A stretch of 64,000 bases of DNA from Macrostomum lignano (taxonomy: Eukaryota): contig NIVC01000112.1 of NCBI GenBank assembly GCA_002269645.1, positions 518,855 through 582,854 of the forward strand. Direction: 5' to 3'. Positions 1 through 11,120 of this stretch are shown one piece after another (position 1 is the stretch's first letter; each line of letters opens with the position of its first letter). The position numbers were made by a program, and so were the translations under genes. The notes beneath the pieces were generated by a model. That model saw only the letters and a list, made by a program, of their open reading frames with translations. It searched no databases and was not told where the DNA came from.

Positions 1-310
1 GACAAAGTGCTGAGCATCTTCATTGTCGCACTCGCTAAAACGGCAAAGTTCACTCACGAGGTCGCCTCGAAGGAAGCAGTGTCTGGCGAGTTAGCCATGG
101 CCCGTAAAAATCATGACAAAGACTCGAATGTCCTTCCGATTTTGGTTCGTGATTGACAGCATTTCTGGGTCCCTGTGAAGGGAATCAGCCCAGTCATAGA
201 TCTGACGATTGATGACCGTAGAAGGGATAGGGACCAGAGGCTCAGGGTCTAGGAAGAGCCAGAGCCGCCCCTTTTGGCGAGGGTGTCTGCCAACTCGCTC
301 CTCAGAAACC
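1..310 (-). mobile_element. Degenerate non-LTR retrotransposon 3' fragment (end of RNase H region plus C-terminal Cys/His knuckle), continuing beyond the window start
   Basis: Manual minus-strand translation: ELADTLAKRGGSGSS / (frameshift) LDPEPLVPIPSTVINRQIYDW...RKDIRVFVMIFTGHG*LARHCFLRGDLVSELCRFSECDNEDAQHFV. It is collinear with the fragment at 9932-10444 (NTLAKVGASGSSLGPEPLVPIP...SGHG...CSFC...ETAEHFV). In-frame stop at 91-93. Confidence 0.75.
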
Positions 311-778
311 TCCTCGGATTTAGCCTGTTACATCTGGCTAAATCGGGGCGGATGAAATTAATTACGAGCGTATTAATATTGTTATTACTTAATAGCCAGT
401 AAATAATATACAAGTAAGCAAATAGAAATAGCTGTAAGTTACCATTGCCAGCGACAATCTAGACCAAACATGCCGATCAACTACTTGATCCCGTCTTTCT
501 CCAACCACAACAGTCGTGTTCAGTTGGCGCTAAGTCGTCGCAGATGTGGGTGCTGAAGCAGATTCACTCTTACGCTCGTAGATGTAGTTGAAGCAGGCAT
601 CACCGTCTCCAACATGATGCTTCAGTATACTCCAATATTGAAAACCGCGGCCAAGCAGCAGTGAAAGAGCAATTGACTTCACTCTTCGGGTTACGAATTG
701 TTTCTTTCCATCTATTTCCTACACATATTTGCTCAGCATGTGAGTAAAAATGCATTAGAAACTTACGAATCTTGTATC

Positions 779-1471
779 CAAGGCCGACTTAAGTAGAAGG
801 ACGGGAAAGCTTGTTTCTTAGAAAATTTTAGAAGGCAGGTCTTCCTGAAAAATACACTACGGAGATAGGAGTTTTCATTTTTTCAGCACAAAAGTTGCTA
901 TTGCTTTTGATAGGAGGCAGATCCAGTGTTTACCTTTTGATATGCTGTGCCTTTCTTATAGCTCTATTGATATTTATAAAGCTTTTCGTTCAGAAAATTA
1001 AATTTCTATGTTAAATTTTTATTCTACGTATATTTCCTGTATCTAAAAATCACAAAAATGTATGACACAGCTTTAATATTTGGTTTTATGAATCTATTTT
1101 ATCATCTGTTACAAATATTTGTTACACAGTCAGCTAAGAATTATAAAATAGACTCATAAAACCAAAAAGCCGAGCCGTGGCATTTAATGTATTTCAGGCT
1201 CAAGACGCGTGAAAATATACGTAGAATAAAAAATTAACATAGAATCCAAATTTTCTGAACGAAAAGCCTTATGAATATCGATAGAGCAATAAGAAAGGCA
1301 CAATATATCAAAAAATGAACACTGGATCTGCCTCCTATCAAAAGCAATAGCAATTTTTGTGCTGAAAAAATGAAAAATTCCTATCTCCGTAGTGTATTTT
1401 TTTCGGGAAAACCTGCCTTAAAAATTTTCTAAGAAACGAGGTTTCCCGTCCTTCTACTTAAGTCGTCCTTG
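779..1471. mobile_element. Foldback MITE (non-autonomous DNA transposon) with long TIRs and 8-bp TSD
   Basis: Starts CAAGGCCGACTTAAGTAGAAGGACGGGAAA and ends TTTCCCGTCCTTCTACTTAAGTCGTCCTTG. Arms ~779-1036 and ~1210-1471 are reverse complements, with further internal inverted matches. Exact TSD CTTGTATC at 771-778 and 1472-1479. Confidence 0.9.
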
Positions 1472-2154
1472 CTTGTATCTCGTACTACTTATTGCATATT
1501 CGTCGGTCGCAAATATGGTTAGATTACTTATAAAGGTAAGGTAAGGCTCAAGTTTTTAGTTAAATAGCAATAAACTTTCATTCTCTAGAAATATTTCACG
1601 AAAGAAAATTAGTCTGTAGTAAAAGCCCCGATGTCGCTCCCAGCTTTAGAGCACATAAGGAGTTGCTTGAGTTGCTTCAAGTCGAATTGAATGGATATTC
1701 GATATATTTTCAGCCAATTCACGGTAAAGACGGTATGGCAGTAAACACAGAAAGATCAGAAAAGTGAACTTGGCACATGCCAGAGCAACTTCAATACATG
1801 TATACCTTCTTCCACATTAAGGTTTGTCTATGGCCAATCCTACTTCATACTGCATCTCCACCCAGAAAGCTCAGTCTCGGTTGGCATCAAGATTAACTCG
1901 TAGAAGTTACGCCTAAGTAATAGTGAAGAGCACCCACGACCACAGAATATAGACAGAATGCCCGTTCGGCTGTCGTGGAATGTTTGGAAATTAATATGCA
2001 AACAAACTACTTTTGTGGTGAAGCGGAGCAGTAGTTATGAAAACTCGATATGCAAATGTATATTTATAATATATGTAGACTCTGCGTATGATTCTATAAA
2101 CTTAGATACTGCTTCAGAATTTAAAATTAACAGGTTTGGCAGTGCCTAGGCTGA

Positions 2155-2841
2155 TTAATGATTGATTCCAGGCTTTCCTAGTTCTACTTGAGCCACAGCA
2201 ACGATATCTGCCCAGTTTGCAGTTTTTCGAGTGCCGCTATAATCAAATTCAATGCAATGCTTATGCAGAGCATTTCGCATGTTCTTTAAGCAATGAGGAA
2301 CATCGATGAAAGCTGGAATCAGTGACTGAACTCCGTCTACTTCGATGCACACGGAAGGGCGATCAGGATTCGCACCTAACTGTCGCAAGCACTGCCACTG
2401 AGTAGACTCCTGGTCACACACGATGCCGGAAAGCGTGAGTCCCATTCTTTTAACTGCAGCGGTAAGGTTCTGCTCTTTCTTTGTACAGCTGGAGCGTCGG
2501 GTATGCCGTGGGCATCAGTCTGACCCCAGGCTCATGTCTCTGGTCAGGACACACGTACATGCTGTCGGGAAAATGGTGGCTGCACACGACAGCGTTCTTC
2601 CACCTCGCTTCGTTTTTCTTGCCCAAGAGGTCTGATCGGAAAATGCGCCGAGCCCAATCTTCACACCTACAGTAGTTAGGTTTCAGTGAATGACTGTGTG
2701 GCAATAGCAGGCAAGTCACGCATGTACATGAACATACCTTTCACGGTTTGCTGGGAAACGATGAAATCTCGTTTGTGCAGGACATTTGTTTGCGTAATTC
2801 TGGCAGCCATGAGCAGCGCATTGCCTTCTTGATGCTGTCAT
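2155..2841 (-). mobile_element. Internally deleted, 3'-truncated P-element/THAP9-like transposase (THAP zinc finger plus part of the RNase H-like catalytic region)
   Basis: Exon 2841-2738 MTASRRQCAAHGC...FHRFP, GT-AG intron 2737-2667, exon from 2666 CEDW...VVCSHHF...LMPTAYPTL give a complete C2CH THAP signature. A frame switch at ~2468 leads directly into LTAAVKRMGLTLSGIVCDQ...FIDVPHCLKNMRNAL...ANWADI, typical of P-element transposases (CD and DxxHxxKxxRN motifs). Confidence 0.85.
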
Positions 2842-5054
2842 AATGTTACAGTTGTCTCTGTTAATGCCTTCGTTGCTGCCAATCACTGCCTTATTAATGT
2901 CAGTAGCAGCAGCCGCTGTCACAGAATATACTGTATATTCTATGGCATCGGCTGCTGCTACTCGCAGTCTCAGTCGTCTATGGCAGAACCTTTCCGAGCC
3001 GCATACGAGTAAGTATAAGTGACTACTATCTTTCTTCATCACAAAAGTAGCTAAATATGCTAATACTTTTTGCGGCAGATTTTTCTGCGAGAGGGCTGAT
3101 CGGCCATTCTGTCTATATTCTGTGCCCACGACTGTGAAACAACCCCCAGAGGACCGTGCATCACTGCTGTGGTTACTTTATGCGTGAGCGCCGGTGGCAG
3201 GTGCTGGGTTGGGTTGTTTTGATGTCTCTCACTCTCGCTGAATGTACTTTGCAAGCGCGGGGTGGGGTTTGGGTGAGTCAGCTGATCGATAATAAAATAT
3301 CGATAAAGTTTCAGTATAAGCTGGCTTTTCGGCCTGCAACGTTGTTTTTTGGCTTTCGTGTCGCAATCTCGTAAAGTTCAGACTTCTGACTACTTGACTT
3401 TATTTCACTCCGCTTACACGGAGCGAATCCACGGATAACTCACTGATGCAGACTACTTTGATGATACTTTGATCTTGTTTGTTTTTTGCTGGAAGTGAAA
3501 TGTAAATGATTTGATTCCACTCCATCAATGCCTCCCATTGTTTACCTAAATAAGAAATCGCCTCACGGAAGTGGTCGGAGGGGTTTAGTACTTTGAGTTT
3601 GAGCTCAGTGGTATCGTATCATTCGGCGATGAAGCATTGGAGAGTGTTCGGAGCCCTATTTTGCATCTATCTCTTTGCAGCGAGTAGATGTTACGTAATA
3701 AAACTGCCTTTGAGTTCGATACAGGTTCCCAGACGAAACGATGAGATAACCAAACGGAAAACATAGCTCGGATTCACAGAGTTCTTAATATTTGAAATCT
3801 GGGGAGCAGTCTAATCTGACATTTACAATAAATACATAGATAATGATGCAAGGATCTTTAAAACATTTAAAATTGTTTCGATTTATTGAGAAATATCCCT
3901 TTTTAGACCTTTTTGGGTCTCAGCATGGTCGGCGAAAAACTACCATGGGATTACTGTAGAACTGCTCGGAGATTTGTGGCCATCTGCTCAGGGATTGTGA
4001 GAAACAGTGCTGGTAAACCATAGCTGGTGAGCCATTGCTAAACTTCTGATAAACCGTTTCTAAACCGTTGGTGAACCGTAGCCAAATTGTGGGTGAGCCA
4101 TTGCTAAACTGCTGGTGAACCATCACTAAATTTTTGGTGAACCATTGAAGGTAATTTTGAACTGCCGAGTGTGCATAAAAAGTGTTTCGAAATGTCATTC
4201 GAATACATTGGGTTGTTCAAACTGCTACACCACTGAATGTAATACGAATCTGATGATGATACAGTCTTTTGTAGTCAAGATATTTAGTCTGTGAAGGTGT
4301 GACAGCATGAAGGAATCTCTGACTTTTCAAAGCTGCATAAGTTTAGGCTGCAAACTCCTGAGGGTACTGCTCATGCTAAATATGCCAATAATGCCAGTGC
4401 TTTGTCGCAAATGCATCTCTGACATCAATAGCCCCAGCAACAGCGCTGCGGTGTGCAGGACGCCTGGCAGAACAGCCCGTGCCGATACCAGCATGCAAAA
4501 CTTTGGGTTCGCTGAATTGACGATAAACAAATTCCCTTGGAAGATAGACACAAATCAGCTTTAAAGTCCCGGGATCTCTGTCAACCTGACAGAAAATTTA
4601 TGGGCCAAAATATGCTGGGACCGAAAAAGCTTCCATGCGACGCAAGTCTGCAAGTGTGTGAGCGAACTCACAAGACTCGTAGGTAGAGTTCGGTAGTTTT
4701 CCAGACAATAACAGCTTCAACTCTCAAGCTCAACTGCTCAAGACTTGCTTATGCTGTTCTTGAGGCCACCTATTGTGAGTCTGACACTGAAGAGCCGCTT
4801 TTAATTACTGCTGCCTCAAGGCTAGGTAGCATTGAGTTGAGAAGGGGCCGTGAGAGAATTAATATCAGATATGTGGTTGCTGAAATTAAAATGGCAGCTA
4901 CTGCATGCATCTTTCGTTCTTTCTTTGAATGCAATTTGGACCATGAGGCAAAAGCATTCAAATTTCAACCCCCTATCGAGTCTTGAGAGCACGTTTTTTG
5001 GGGCTTCTGTTTTGCAGGTAAGCAAAAACGTGCCCCCGCCCCAGTTTGCGGGTC

Positions 5055-5060
5055 TATAAA
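5055..5060 (+). promoter_or_regulatory. TATA box of the 5148-5447 peptide gene
   Basis: CTATAAAT starting 93 bp upstream of the ATG; the paralog has the same motif at a similar spacing. Confidence 0.6.
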
Positions 5061-5147
5061 TTCGACCACCTCGAGCTCAAAACGGCCCCCAAGACCCAAG
5101 ACGGGATCAACTTTGCAAAGCGAATCTCTCTGAATTCAGCAGCAGCC

Positions 5148-5447
5148 ATGAAGTGGCAGTTCGCTCTCGGTCTCCTCCTGTGCGTGGCGCTGGCGGTCTA
5201 CGCCAGCCCGGCTGAGCACAAAGAAGACGACGAAGACTTTGAAAAGGTGGCCTCCGCCCTGGCCGACATGGCCGAGCCCGATCTGGCCGAATCCGACGAG
5301 GACGCGGATCCGGAAGAGAAGTTTAGGATTCGGTTCGGCAGGCGTCGCTACTTCCGCAGGCGCTACTTCCGCAGGCGCAACTTCCGCAGGCGCTACTTCC
5401 GCATCCGCAGGCGCTTCTTCCGCAGGCGCTACCACTTCTATGGCTAA
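5148..5447 (+). CDS. Secreted cationic peptide precursor (99 aa): signal peptide, acidic pro-region and Arg/Phe/Tyr-rich tail; putative antimicrobial peptide
   Basis: MKWQFALGLLLCVALAVYA-SPAEHKEDDEDFEK...ESDEDADPEE-KFRIRFGRRRYFRRRYFRRRNFRRRYFRIRRRFFRRRYHFYG*. The true ATG is at 5148 (the ORF-track GTG start at 5046 is upstream UTR). GC-rich coding island in AT-rich flanks, with TATA upstream and AATAAA at 5691. Confidence 0.85.
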   Translation: MKWQFALGLLLCVALAVYASPAEHKEDDEDFEKVASALADMAEPDLAESDEDADPEEKFRIRFGRRRYFRRRYFRRRNFRRRYFRIRRRFFRRRYHFYG

Positions 5448-6916
5448 ACGAAGCGGACCGTCTTCTGAATTATCGCCTTGGACAATATGGCTAATCTTTC
5501 TTTACTGATAATGTACACTTAATCAACAAAAAAATTTACTATATAATATCAGCTTAAGTGATTGTTGAACATCGTGAACTTTGAGAATCTGCCAGGCAGA
5601 AAATACACTTGGAATTTCATCGTTCGCAGTTTGCAAGCTAGCTCGTAATTATTAAGCATTGTTTTTTTAACTTTTTTAACTTTTAGTTAAAATAAATATT
5701 TAGCAGCAGGGTAACAGACTTCAGCATCTTTCTCACTTTTCTGTTTCCGATCGTGCTTAAGTTGCGTCACTCAAAACTGAGTCAGAAATCAATACTGAGC
5801 TGGAATTTACTGCGCACTTTCAAAGGTGGCGACTTTTTAATGTTGTTGAGTATATATGCTTCCTCTATTGCAGACTCGGGTCGCCTTTGAAAAATATTGG
5901 TAAATATTTATCAGATCTATAAAATAGTGTTGACGCATTGTTTAAATCTATTTATTAATTTAGGAAATTATTTAGTATATTGTGACTAGCGCACTAAGCC
6001 CACCATTTTCCAAATTTGCCAAGTAAGTCTGAAGTAATTGAACCCTTTAGCAACTGCCCCCATCTGCAACTGCGCCACCCTCTGTGTTCTAAAATAACAC
6101 AAACAAAATCAGAGCAGTGGCAAATGGGCAGAGCAGAGCAAGATGGGGATTGTGAAAAAAGGCTTGTTTCGTCCGCAAACACATCGCATTTCAGGCCAGC
6201 AGCTTTATAACCCCCTCTATTTCATCGATCGTCTATCAGACTGGTAAACGATAAAACTCAATCAACACCACAAATTGCGAGTCATAAAACGCCTTAGCTA
6301 TTGTGAATGTACATTCTACACTGTACATTGGCCAAGGTGAGACCTAAATGATTGAACTGAACAATTAAATTCAAACGGAGCGTTAAGCGTGAAAGCGTTA
6401 AAAACATCTTTTTCGAATATTTGACCCCACTAGTCATAATAGGAATTTTTCATCAAAAAAGTTATGCATGATCGTTGAAGAATTCGATATTTAAAGAGAA
6501 AGCCAAAAATCAACATGTAGGTTGTTACGACGCGTTTTGCACACGTTAGGTGCATCGTCAGGCATATGGTTTGAAACGAGAGAACTTCATTAACAGCTTT
6601 CTCTCGTTTCAAACAATCAAGCTCGTAGCTCCACCTCGTCGAATCTATAAATCCGAAATCTGGGAGCTTTCGCTTACCTACAAAACAGAGCCCCAAGAAG
6701 TCAAGCCAAATTTGGGTGAGCTGGTTAAGAGAATACTCAGCCCCTCAGGTAGTCTGCATGCTCAATGCGACCTAGCCTTGAGACAGCGGCAATGAAGAGT
6801 CGGTCTTTCCAGTGCCAGGCTCACAATGGGGTGGGGGTTCAGACTCAAATAAACAGTTCTTGAGCCTAACAGTAGAGCTTTTATTCTTGAGAGACTGCAG
6901 AACTCTTTCACATATC

Positions 6917-8206
6917 GCCTGCAGCGCTAATGACTGCCTGAGGCGCTAATGACTGCCAGCAGCGCTAAACTGAGTGACTGCCGCGCTAAAATGAGTGGCT
7001 GCGGCGCTAAAATGACTGCCTGCAGCGCTAATGACTGCCAGCAGCGCTAAAATGAGTGCCTGCGGCGCTAAAATGAGTGCCTGCCGCGCTAAAATGAGTG
7101 GCTGCGGCGCTAAACTGAGTGCCTGCAGCGCTAAAATGAGTGCCTGCGGCGCTAAAATGAGTGCCTGCGGCGCTAAAATGAGTGCCTGCCGCGCTAAAAT
7201 GAGTGGCTGCGGCGCTAAACTGAGTGCCTGCAGCGCTAAAATGAGTGCCTGCGGCGCTAAAATGAGTGCCTGCGGCGCTAAAATGAGTGCCTGCCGCGCT
7301 AAAATGAGTGGCTGCGGCGCTAAACTGAGTGCCTGCAGCGCTAAAATGAGTGCCTGCGGCGCTAAAATGAGTGCCTGCGGCGCTAAAATGAGTGCCTGCC
7401 GCGCTAAAATGAGTGGCTGCGGCGCTAAACTGAGTGCCTGCAGCGCTAAAATGACTGCCAGCAGCGCTAAAATGAGTGCCTGCGGCGCTAAAATGAGTGC
7501 CTGCCGCGCTAAAATGAGTGGCTGCGGCGCTAAACTGAGTGCCTGCAGCGCTAAAATGAGTGCCTGCGGCGCTAAAATGAGTGCCTGCGGCGCTAATGAC
7601 TGCCAGCAGCGCTAAAATGAGTGCCTGCGGCGCTAATGACTGCCAGCAGCGCTAAAATGAGTGCCTGCGGCGCTAAAATGAGTGCCTGCGGCGCTAAAAT
7701 GAGTGCCTGCCGCGCTAAAATGAGTGGCTGCGGCGCTAAACTGAGTGCCTGCAGCGCTAAAATGAGTGCCTGCGGCGCTAAAATGAGTGCCTGCGGCGCT
7801 AATGACTGCCAGCAGCGCTAAAATGAGTGCCTGCGGCGCTAATGACTGCCAGCAGCGCTAAAATGAGTGCCTGCGGCGCAAAAATGAGTGGCTGCGGTGC
7901 TAAACTGAGTGCCTGCAGCGCTAAAATGAGTGGCTGCGGCGCTAAAATGAGTGCCTGCCGCGCTAAAATGAGTGGCTGCGGTGCTAAACTGAGTGCCTGC
8001 AGCGCTAAAATGAGTGCCTGCGGTGCTAAAATGAATGCTTGTGGCGCTAAAATGAGTGTCTGTGGCGCTAAAATGAGTGCCTGCGGCGCTAAAATGAATG
8101 CTTGTGGCGCTAAAATGAATGCTTGTGGCGCTAAAATGAGTGCCTGCGGCGCTAAAATGAATGCTTGTGGCGCTAAAATGAGTGGCTGCGGCGCTAAAAT
8201 GAGTGC
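6917..8206. repeat. 21-bp minisatellite (GGCGCTAAAATGAGTGCCTGC)n
   Basis: Directly visible tandem array; the overlapping MSACGAK/LAPQALI ORFs are repeat artefacts. Confidence 0.95.
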
Positions 8207-9024
8207 TGACAACACCGATTCTGAAAATAATCTGTACATGATAATGTGCATTTCCCATATAAAAAATCCAACTCGATGGGGGGCGTGCGCCCTCCCCCCC
8301 CCCTAAATCCGCCACTGAACCTGGCCCCCCACTTTTTGAAACGTTCCTACGCCTACGATATTAATTTTATTCAAGCAACATTGCAGAGCTTGATGTGATG
8401 CTAACAGCAAACCAATAGCTGACCAAATTAAATGCCACTGTGTCAGCCTTGCTACCATAGACAAAAGCTCCATTACTTTACCAACCGTGTCTTACATTAA
8501 ATTAAATTTATCGCACGTAGGCCCTAATGGGCTGCAAAAGCTATAGTAAAAGTGTTTATCATATTTCAGAGGGACTCTGAACGATTGAATACAAACATAC
8601 TAAAAATCAATTCGAACTCTTGATCAAAGAGAACAGTCGAGTCTTCGCACAATCTCTGATTTAGCATGCCAGATCATCCAATCTAGGACACGGAATTCGC
8701 CTTCTCGGCGTGCAAGCCATCTTCAAATTCAATAAATAAAAACAAGATCTGCTGAGAGTAGCCCGTACGAGTTACCTGTACTTAAAATAAGAGTAGGAAT
8801 AGCAAAGTAAGTGTACGCTCGTGTATTACCATTCTTTTTGTATAAATCAGCTGCATTGACACGACAAGCTCATGCGATGGTGAAACATGCTCTTTTCGGT
8901 ATTGATAATTTTGCAAATGCAATACTTGTATCGATAATTCTACAAAGTACTACATACTGTGGAGAGCATATAGTATTACTCAGTACAATCAGTTCCGTTG
9001 CGGACAGTCCAGTGGCGGCCACAA

Positions 9025-9270
9025 TCAGCCATAAATCACGCGCCTCCGGTATCCGTGCCTCTTCAGATAGCGCTTGTAGGCGCGCTTCAGCTTGCGCTTG
9101 AAGCGCCTGTAGCGGCCTTTAGCCTGCAGGTGCTCGACCTCATCGCTCTCCATGGCCTCCTGCAGCTGGGCGAGCTCGGCCAGGTCCGAGTCCTCGGCCT
9201 CGGCCGACGGCGACGCCATGACGGCCACGGCGACGCAGGCGAGCAGAAGAGCGGCCAGCTGCCACTTCAT
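9025..9270 (-). CDS. Secreted cationic peptide precursor (81 aa), paralog of 5148-5447; putative antimicrobial peptide
   Basis: MKWQLAALLLACVAVAVMA-SPSAEAEDSDLAELAQLQEAMESDEVEHLQA-KGRYRRFKRKLKRAYKRYLKRHGYRRRVIYG*. It shares the MKWQ..L signal, SP start of the pro-region, acidic spacer and terminal YG. Confidence 0.85.
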   Translation of the reverse strand: MKWQLAALLLACVAVAVMASPSAEAEDSDLAELAQLQEAMESDEVEHLQAKGRYRRFKRKLKRAYKRYLKRHGYRRRVIYG

Positions 9271-9365
9271 GCTGATTGATGCTGCTGATGCTGCGGAAAT
9301 TCAACGAGAACAGCGGCGATTCAGACCTCCCAGTCAGCTGATAATGGAAGTGAAGCTGGGCGCCA

Positions 9366-9371
9366 TTTATA
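9366..9371 (-). promoter_or_regulatory. TATA box of the 9025-9270 peptide gene
   Basis: CTATAAAT on the minus strand, about 100 bp upstream of the ATG. Confidence 0.6.
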
Positions 9372-9931
9372 GCCTGTTCTGAGCACGTTTTCTGAGCAGA
9401 CCTACGACACGGGAGGCGCCTGCATGCGAAATGCCCCCGAGTGTGATTAAGAAGCGGATTGAACCGGCTTTTTATTCCTCGCTGGGCAAGTGAGTGTTAA
9501 ACTCAGCGAGACGAAAGTGCCAAGGGCACTGACAAACAACGATACAATTAATACGTATGGGGTACGATTGGGGTGCGATTAACACTGCGTACTTTGGTCT
9601 AGTACTCGTAGTTAATGCAAATTGAGCAGTTTCTTTTCCTTTCTATTGTAGTATTGAGGCTCAAAAGTATTTAATTCTGGGGTGCACAGTGTTCTTTGCG
9701 TCAGATAGGGCCTCACGTGTTTGCGTGATGATGAAATTTTATGACAGCAGGAGACAATAATTATATATTGCTGGAAGCAAGGTACGGTATGTTTCAAAAC
9801 TTCTGTAAATAAATATTGACAAGTATGGAAGGATTTCATAAAGATGAGATACAGAAACGAATGAGAGGAGATAGCAAGGAAAGGAGTGAGATAGATTCGA
9901 AATAGGGTGAGATAGATTCAGAATGGAGTGA

Positions 9932-10535
9932 ACACCCTTGCAAAAGTTGGTGCCTCCGGCTCCTCTCTCGGCCCCGAACCTCTTGTCCCGATTCCTGGCT
10001 GTGTCATCGACTCGCGCATCAAAGCGTGGATCAGGACTCTCCAGAGGCGCTGTCCCTCAGCCCTCTCACCAGCTCCGGAAGCTCCTCTTGCGCCTCTCGC
10101 GCAGAGACATCCGGGCTGCCACCATGACCCTCTCTGGTCACGGCTGCTTCTCCAGGCACCAGTACCTGCAGGGCAACGCCACCAACGCCACCTGTAGTTT
10201 CTGCAACTCAGGTGACGAAACCGCTGAGCATTTCGTCAGCATCTGTCCCGCCTTCACGCGGGCCAGACTCACTTACCTCGGGCCACACACATCTATTACT
10301 GAAGCGTGCAAACCCGAAAACTTTAATCAGCTCATGCGCTACCTTCGGGCCACCCGCAGGGCTGAACTCTCCTTTCCAGAGAGCACCATAGCTGCTGGCG
10401 ACACTGGGGGACCTCCCTGGGCGGCGCCAACCCTCCGTCCATAGCGACGCGTCGGCCGTTCAGGGACTAGCGGAATGGGCGCCCGCGCCTTCCCGCTGTG
10501 TCCCCTCCGGGACAGCCCTGCAGCTAAGTCAAGTA
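9932..10535 (+). mobile_element. 5'-truncated non-LTR retrotransposon (RNase H tail plus C-terminal CCHC-like knuckle, 3' UTR)
   Basis: NTLAKVGASGSSLGPEPLVPIP... then (frameshift) RRDIRAATMTLSGHGCFSRHQYLQGNATNATCSFCNSGDETAEHFVSICPAF, the GHG...CxxC...ETxxH...CP motif of I-group-type LINE ORF2 ends. Short AAGTC-like tail; inserted in a 21-bp minisatellite. Confidence 0.85.
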
Positions 10536-11120
10536 AGTCAAAGTGAGATAGATTTGAAATAAGTCGAGATAGATTCGGAATGGGGTGAGATAGATTCGGA
10601 ATGGGGTGAGATAGATTCGGAATGGGGTGAGATAGATTCGGACTGAGGTGAGATAGATTCGGAATGGGGTGAGCTAGACTGAATATAGGGTGAGATAGAT
10701 TCAGAATGGGGTGAGATAGATTCGAAATAAGTCGAGGTAGATTCGGAATAAGTCGAGATAGATTCGGAATGGGGTGAGATAGATTCGGAATGGGGTGAGA
10801 TAGATTCGGAATGGGGTGAGATAGATTCGAAATGGGTCGAGATAGATTCGAAATGGGGTGAGATAGATTCGGAATGGGGTGAGATAGATTGGGAATGGGG
10901 TGAGATAGATTGGGAATGGGGTGAGATAGATTGGGAATGGGGTGAGATAGATCTGGAACGGAATGAGATAGATTCGAAATGGGATGAGATACATTCGGAA
11001 TGAGGTGAGGTAGATTCAAGATGAGGTGAGATAGATTCCGAATAGGTTGAGGTGCCCACAGAAATGCCCACAGAGGTCGAGATAGATTCGGAATGGGGTG
11101 AGATAGTTTCGGAATGGAAT
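10536..11120. repeat. 21-bp minisatellite (GAGATAGATTCGGAATGGGGT)n, with a left remnant at ~9845-9931
   Basis: Visible tandem array on both sides of the LINE fragment. Confidence 0.9.

Noticed and set aside
5136-5508. Alternative-frame and antisense ORFs over the peptide gene (5136-5435 -, 5239-5508 +)
   Set aside because: Shadows of the GC-rich real CDS; only the 5148 frame has signal peptide, TATA and paralog support.
7031-8315. Long ORFs (MSACGAK, LAPQALI, THFSAAG repeats)
   Set aside because: Translations of a 21-bp minisatellite that is open in several frames on both strands; no coding evidence.
9428-9437. kappaB-like site GGGGCATTTC upstream of the second peptide gene
   Set aside because: Imperfect short match expected by chance; no clear equivalent at the paralog.
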